A stretch of DNA of 64,000 nt from contig NZ_JAABOO010000003.1 in NCBI RefSeq assembly GCF_010671605.1, positions 311,993 to 375,992 on the forward strand, in the 5' to 3' direction. The stretch is from Leptobacterium flavescens. GTDB taxonomy: Bacteria; Bacteroidota; Bacteroidia; Flavobacteriales; Flavobacteriaceae. The stretch's first letter is position 1. Every line of letters starts with the position of its first letter. Below are positions 61,213 to 64,000 of this stretch, one piece after another. The position numbers and the translations under genes were made by a program. The notes beneath the pieces were generated by a model, which saw nothing but the letters and a program-made list of their open reading frames with translations, was not told the DNA's origin and made no database searches.

Positions 61213-63291
61213 TTAAACAGAAAATCTGATGTTAGCCTTAAATCCTTTTTCGGCTATAGTATCAAAAGTAATGCTTCCTTTTATTGCCCGGATACGGTTT
61301 TCCGCATTCTGCAATCCGTTTCCGTTTTCTATGGTTATTCCTGTAATTCCCTTTCCGTTATCTACATAGTGAATATGCATTTTGGAGTCTTCTTTTTTAA
61401 AGCTCAGTACCACCAGGCTGGCCTGGCTGTGTTTTTTCATATTTACCATCAGCTCCTGCAGAACCCGGTACACTTCCATCTTTTTATGTTCTGCTATAGC
61501 TTCCCAGCTTTCGGGTTCCAACCCGTTTATAACAACTGTTACCCCTTCCGACCCATAGGAGGAAAGCATTTCCTTAAGCTGAGGCACAAAGTATTTTCCG
61601 GTTTCTATGGCATTGGTCTCCTTAGAGATATCCCGGGTACGCTGATAGATATTTTCCAGTTTATCAAGGACTTCTTCGGTTCCTTCCTGTTTATCGGATT
61701 CCGGATGCTGTAAACGGGTCATCACTCCGTAAACATCATTGGCCAGCTCGTCATGTAATCTTTTAGCCAGTTTTGCTTCGGTTTCATACACTTTTTTGAT
61801 CTTTTCTTTCTTATGACGAGTAGTTATTATGAAATAAAGAAAGATAAAAGATATTAAGACCAGGATTCCTATCGAGCTAATAAAATTGGATTTTCTTCCC
61901 TCTATTTCATTTGCAAGAGCTAATTCGAGATTATCTCCATTTAGCTTTAAAATTTCTTTTTCCTTTTCCTCTGTTTCAAATCGTATTTTGGCGAATTGAT
62001 CAACAGAGCTTCTTTGCTCAAAAGTCAGACTATCATTTAAGTGCTTGTATCTTGCGGTAATCAAGATTAAATTTTCTTTTAAATCAATTAAATAACCCAG
62101 TGCTTCTTTCTCAGCTTCTGGGCTGTTAATTTTTTTACTCAATTCATGAGCTATTTGGGCATGTTTAATTGCTTTGGTTCTTTGGTTAGATGTTAAATAA
62201 AATTTGAAAAGATGAATATTGCTAGCGAATTGACCTGTATAATCGTTTAATTTTTTTCTTATTTCTAAGGCTTCTAACATTTCAATTTCCCCTTCCGGAA
62301 TTTCTAGCTTCCCTTTTGCATAACCTAAATTGTCAAGGTACCTGGCTTTTTTATCCAAGTTTTTTAAAAGGGATATTTTAGGGTGCTTTAATATCTCTTG
62401 GAGTAGATCAATTGCTAGATAATATCTTTCTTGTCCAATATAAATTAAAGCTCTTGTGTTCGAATAAATTGCAAGATTAATTGATATAGTGTCCTTCACA
62501 GTCTTAATTGCCATATTGTTCCATTTAAGTGCTTCTTCATAATTCTTTAGTTCTTTGGAAGAAACAGAAATGGTATGATACAGATTGCCAATAAATTCAT
62601 TATTGTCAATGTTTTTCAGAAACTTTAAAGCGTCTGTGGTTGATTTTTCACTTCCATAAAAATCGCCTCTCTTTTTCTGAATATTTGCCATATTCTGTAA
62701 GCACTTTGCAACATACAAACTGTCTTTTAAAAGCTCATAATAATGCTTTGCGCTATTGTAGTATTTAAATGACTGGAATTGCTCACTGGATTGATAATTG
62801 AGCCCCAATTTGTACAATGCACTTGCTATATTTACTGTGTCATCCACAAACTCAGCATGCTTCAAAAGCTCTAGAGAAGATTGTATAGCAGATTGATAGT
62901 CTTTCTTGTTTCTTTGGTACCTACTTAACCTGGAATAAGCTTGAATTATATATTGAGTATCTTTCTTTTTTGTTGAAATATTCAACAGTTGATGAGAGTA
63001 TTTAAGAGCACTATCATATTGCTTACGTATCCCAAAAAGATATGCCTTGTAATATAGGTTTTTTAACACTAAAGAATCTAGAGAATAATTTTTAGATATA
63101 GATAATGCGGTGTCAATATTCTTGAGACGCTCTATTTTGGAAAGACTTTTATCATTAGCTGAATCAAAGTAACTTTGAACATCTGTAATCACATCATGAA
63201 TAGTCTCCAGTTTTTGTGGAGAATTAGCTTTGTCGCATGAAAGAACAGTACAAAGAATAAGAAAGGAGGATAAAAATAAAAGTTTTTTCAT
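61213..63291 (-). CDS. TPR-repeat sensor histidine kinase (HisKA_3 / HATPase_c)
   Basis: Signal peptide. About 400 aa of periplasmic TPRs. TM (ISSIGILVLISFIFLYFIITT). H-box RLHDELANDVYG. ATPase domain. Confidence 0.8.
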   Translation of the reverse strand: MKKLLFLSSFLILCTVLSCDKANSPQKLETIHDVITDVQSYFDSANDKSLSKIERLKNIDTALSISKNYSLDSLVLKNLYYKAYLFGIRKQYDSALKYSHQLLNISTKKKDTQYIIQAYSRLSRYQRNKKDYQSAIQSSLELLKHAEFVDDTVNIASALYKLGLNYQSSEQFQSFKYYNSAKHYYELLKDSLYVAKCLQNMANIQKKRGDFYGSEKSTTDALKFLKNIDNNEFIGNLYHTISVSSKELKNYEEALKWNNMAIKTVKDTISINLAIYSNTRALIYIGQERYYLAIDLLQEILKHPKISLLKNLDKKARYLDNLGYAKGKLEIPEGEIEMLEALEIRKKLNDYTGQFASNIHLFKFYLTSNQRTKAIKHAQIAHELSKKINSPEAEKEALGYLIDLKENLILITARYKHLNDSLTFEQRSSVDQFAKIRFETEEKEKEILKLNGDNLELALANEIEGRKSNFISSIGILVLISFIFLYFIITTRHKKEKIKKVYETEAKLAKRLHDELANDVYGVMTRLQHPESDKQEGTEEVLDKLENIYQRTRDISKETNAIETGKYFVPQLKEMLSSYGSEGVTVVINGLEPESWEAIAEHKKMEVYRVLQELMVNMKKHSQASLVVLSFKKEDSKMHIHYVDNGKGITGITIENGNGLQNAENRIRAIKGSITFDTIAEKGFKANIRFSV

Positions 63292-63343
63292 CCTCCTAAA
63301 TTAAGAAAACTAACTCCGGTTTATATTAAAAATCGACGAATAG

Positions 63344-63538
63344 CTAGTTACCACCTCCGTTGATATCACCATTTTCTTCCTCTTCCTCCTCTTCTTCCTG
63401 ATTGGTTTCATCATCTTCTCCAACGGTTGCCAACTCATCCGTATAAAGAGATTCGGTATCGGCTATGGTTTCATCTGTACAGGAAAACATAAAGAGGTTT
63501 CCCAAAAAAAGTACTATAATCAAAATTAATTTTTTCAT
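63344..63538 (-). CDS. Small acidic lipoprotein (poly-Glu run) upstream of the TPR kinase
   Basis: Lipobox MFSCTDET. EEEEEEEE. C-terminal GDINGGGN. Confidence 0.35.
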   Translation of the reverse strand: MKKLILIIVLFLGNLFMFSCTDETIADTESLYTDELATVGEDDETNQEEEEEEEENGDINGGGN

Positions 63539-64000
63539 GATTTATGATTTAAAAATTGAACAATGGAGTTGCTGCCCGGGCATTGGCCCGGGATCTGTTT
63601 TTTGTTTTCAGCAACCCGTTAAAGGGGGAGTACTCCTTGTTTTGGGAAGTAGAAATCCGATACGGTAGCTTTGGGTTACTTCCCGTTTGACCTTCGGCCA
63701 GCCGCATTACGGATTTCCGTATTGATTACTAATGGTATTATGCTTTATTTGCGATTCAACCACTTCATCAATCTTGGATCAAAGTAAATCATGAGGTGAT
63801 GGACAATTGCAGACAGAATTTGTACAAGATTTTCCAAAAACTGTCCATCGAAATTGTCTAAAGAATGTCTGTAAATTGTCCGGGCTTATTTTTAATTTTA
63901 AAGCATATAATCTGAGGAATTTATGGTAGGAAAATTGCTGAGTGACGCATTTAAAAAAGCGAAAAAGCAGAGTGGTAATAGCTCTGATCATGGAGTGGCA

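Noticed and set aside
63779-63991. 70-aa minus-strand ORF at the window end
   Set aside because: It covers the AATTGTC repeat region and overlaps, in antisense, the apparent start of a + strand ORF. No motifs.

Overview
This 64-kb window looks like a chromosomal segment from a Flavobacteriia (Bacteroidota) genome. The gliding-motility genes gldE-gldD sit behind mutY-ssb, there are Bacteroidetes-type insertions in atpD and an extended L21, and a DUF4270 lipoprotein follows a glycogen-synthase-like gene. Most of the window is housekeeping. It holds glmS, atpD-atpC, a split biotin cluster (bioF-DUF2007-bioD, bioA, a FabF-like KAS, bioB) interrupted by a YqiJ/flotillin pair, rng, recX, HU, and rplU-rpmA. 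There are many envelope peptidases: an S9 peptidase, an M61 peptidase with a PDZ domain, an active/inactive M16 pair, and an ABC-permease::M1-aminopeptidase fusion with its ATPase. It also carries a TonB-dependent receptor with an SGNH lipoprotein, a LytS/LytTR two-component system and a TPR-histidine-kinase/LuxR two-component system. The stand-out accessory locus (about 36.2-42.1 kb) begins with an ECF sigma/anti-sigma pair divergent from a small Cys-containing lipoprotein, followed by a TPR-CHAT protease-like membrane protein. It then encodes a three-domain protein (C39-like domain with the catalytic Cys replaced by Ser, then a vitamin-K-epoxide-reductase membrane core, then a DsbA-like thioredoxin), followed by three tandem genes for double-glycine-leader precursor peptides whose cores each carry six cysteines. 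This looks like a disulfide-rich bacteriocin/RiPP-like peptide system with its own oxidative-folding enzyme and no cognate C39-ABC exporter in cis. A family of structured intergenic repeats recurs through the window: a roughly 175-bp element in three full or partial copies, flanked by CCAAATTCCAAACTCCAAAT-type and (AACCAAC)n low-complexity modules. There is also an array of TTAAACnGTTTAA palindromes, and an AT-rich putative nuclease islet (HNH, a PD-(D/E)xK HsdR-N-like protein, a secreted protein). No rRNA, tRNA or CRISPR was recognised.
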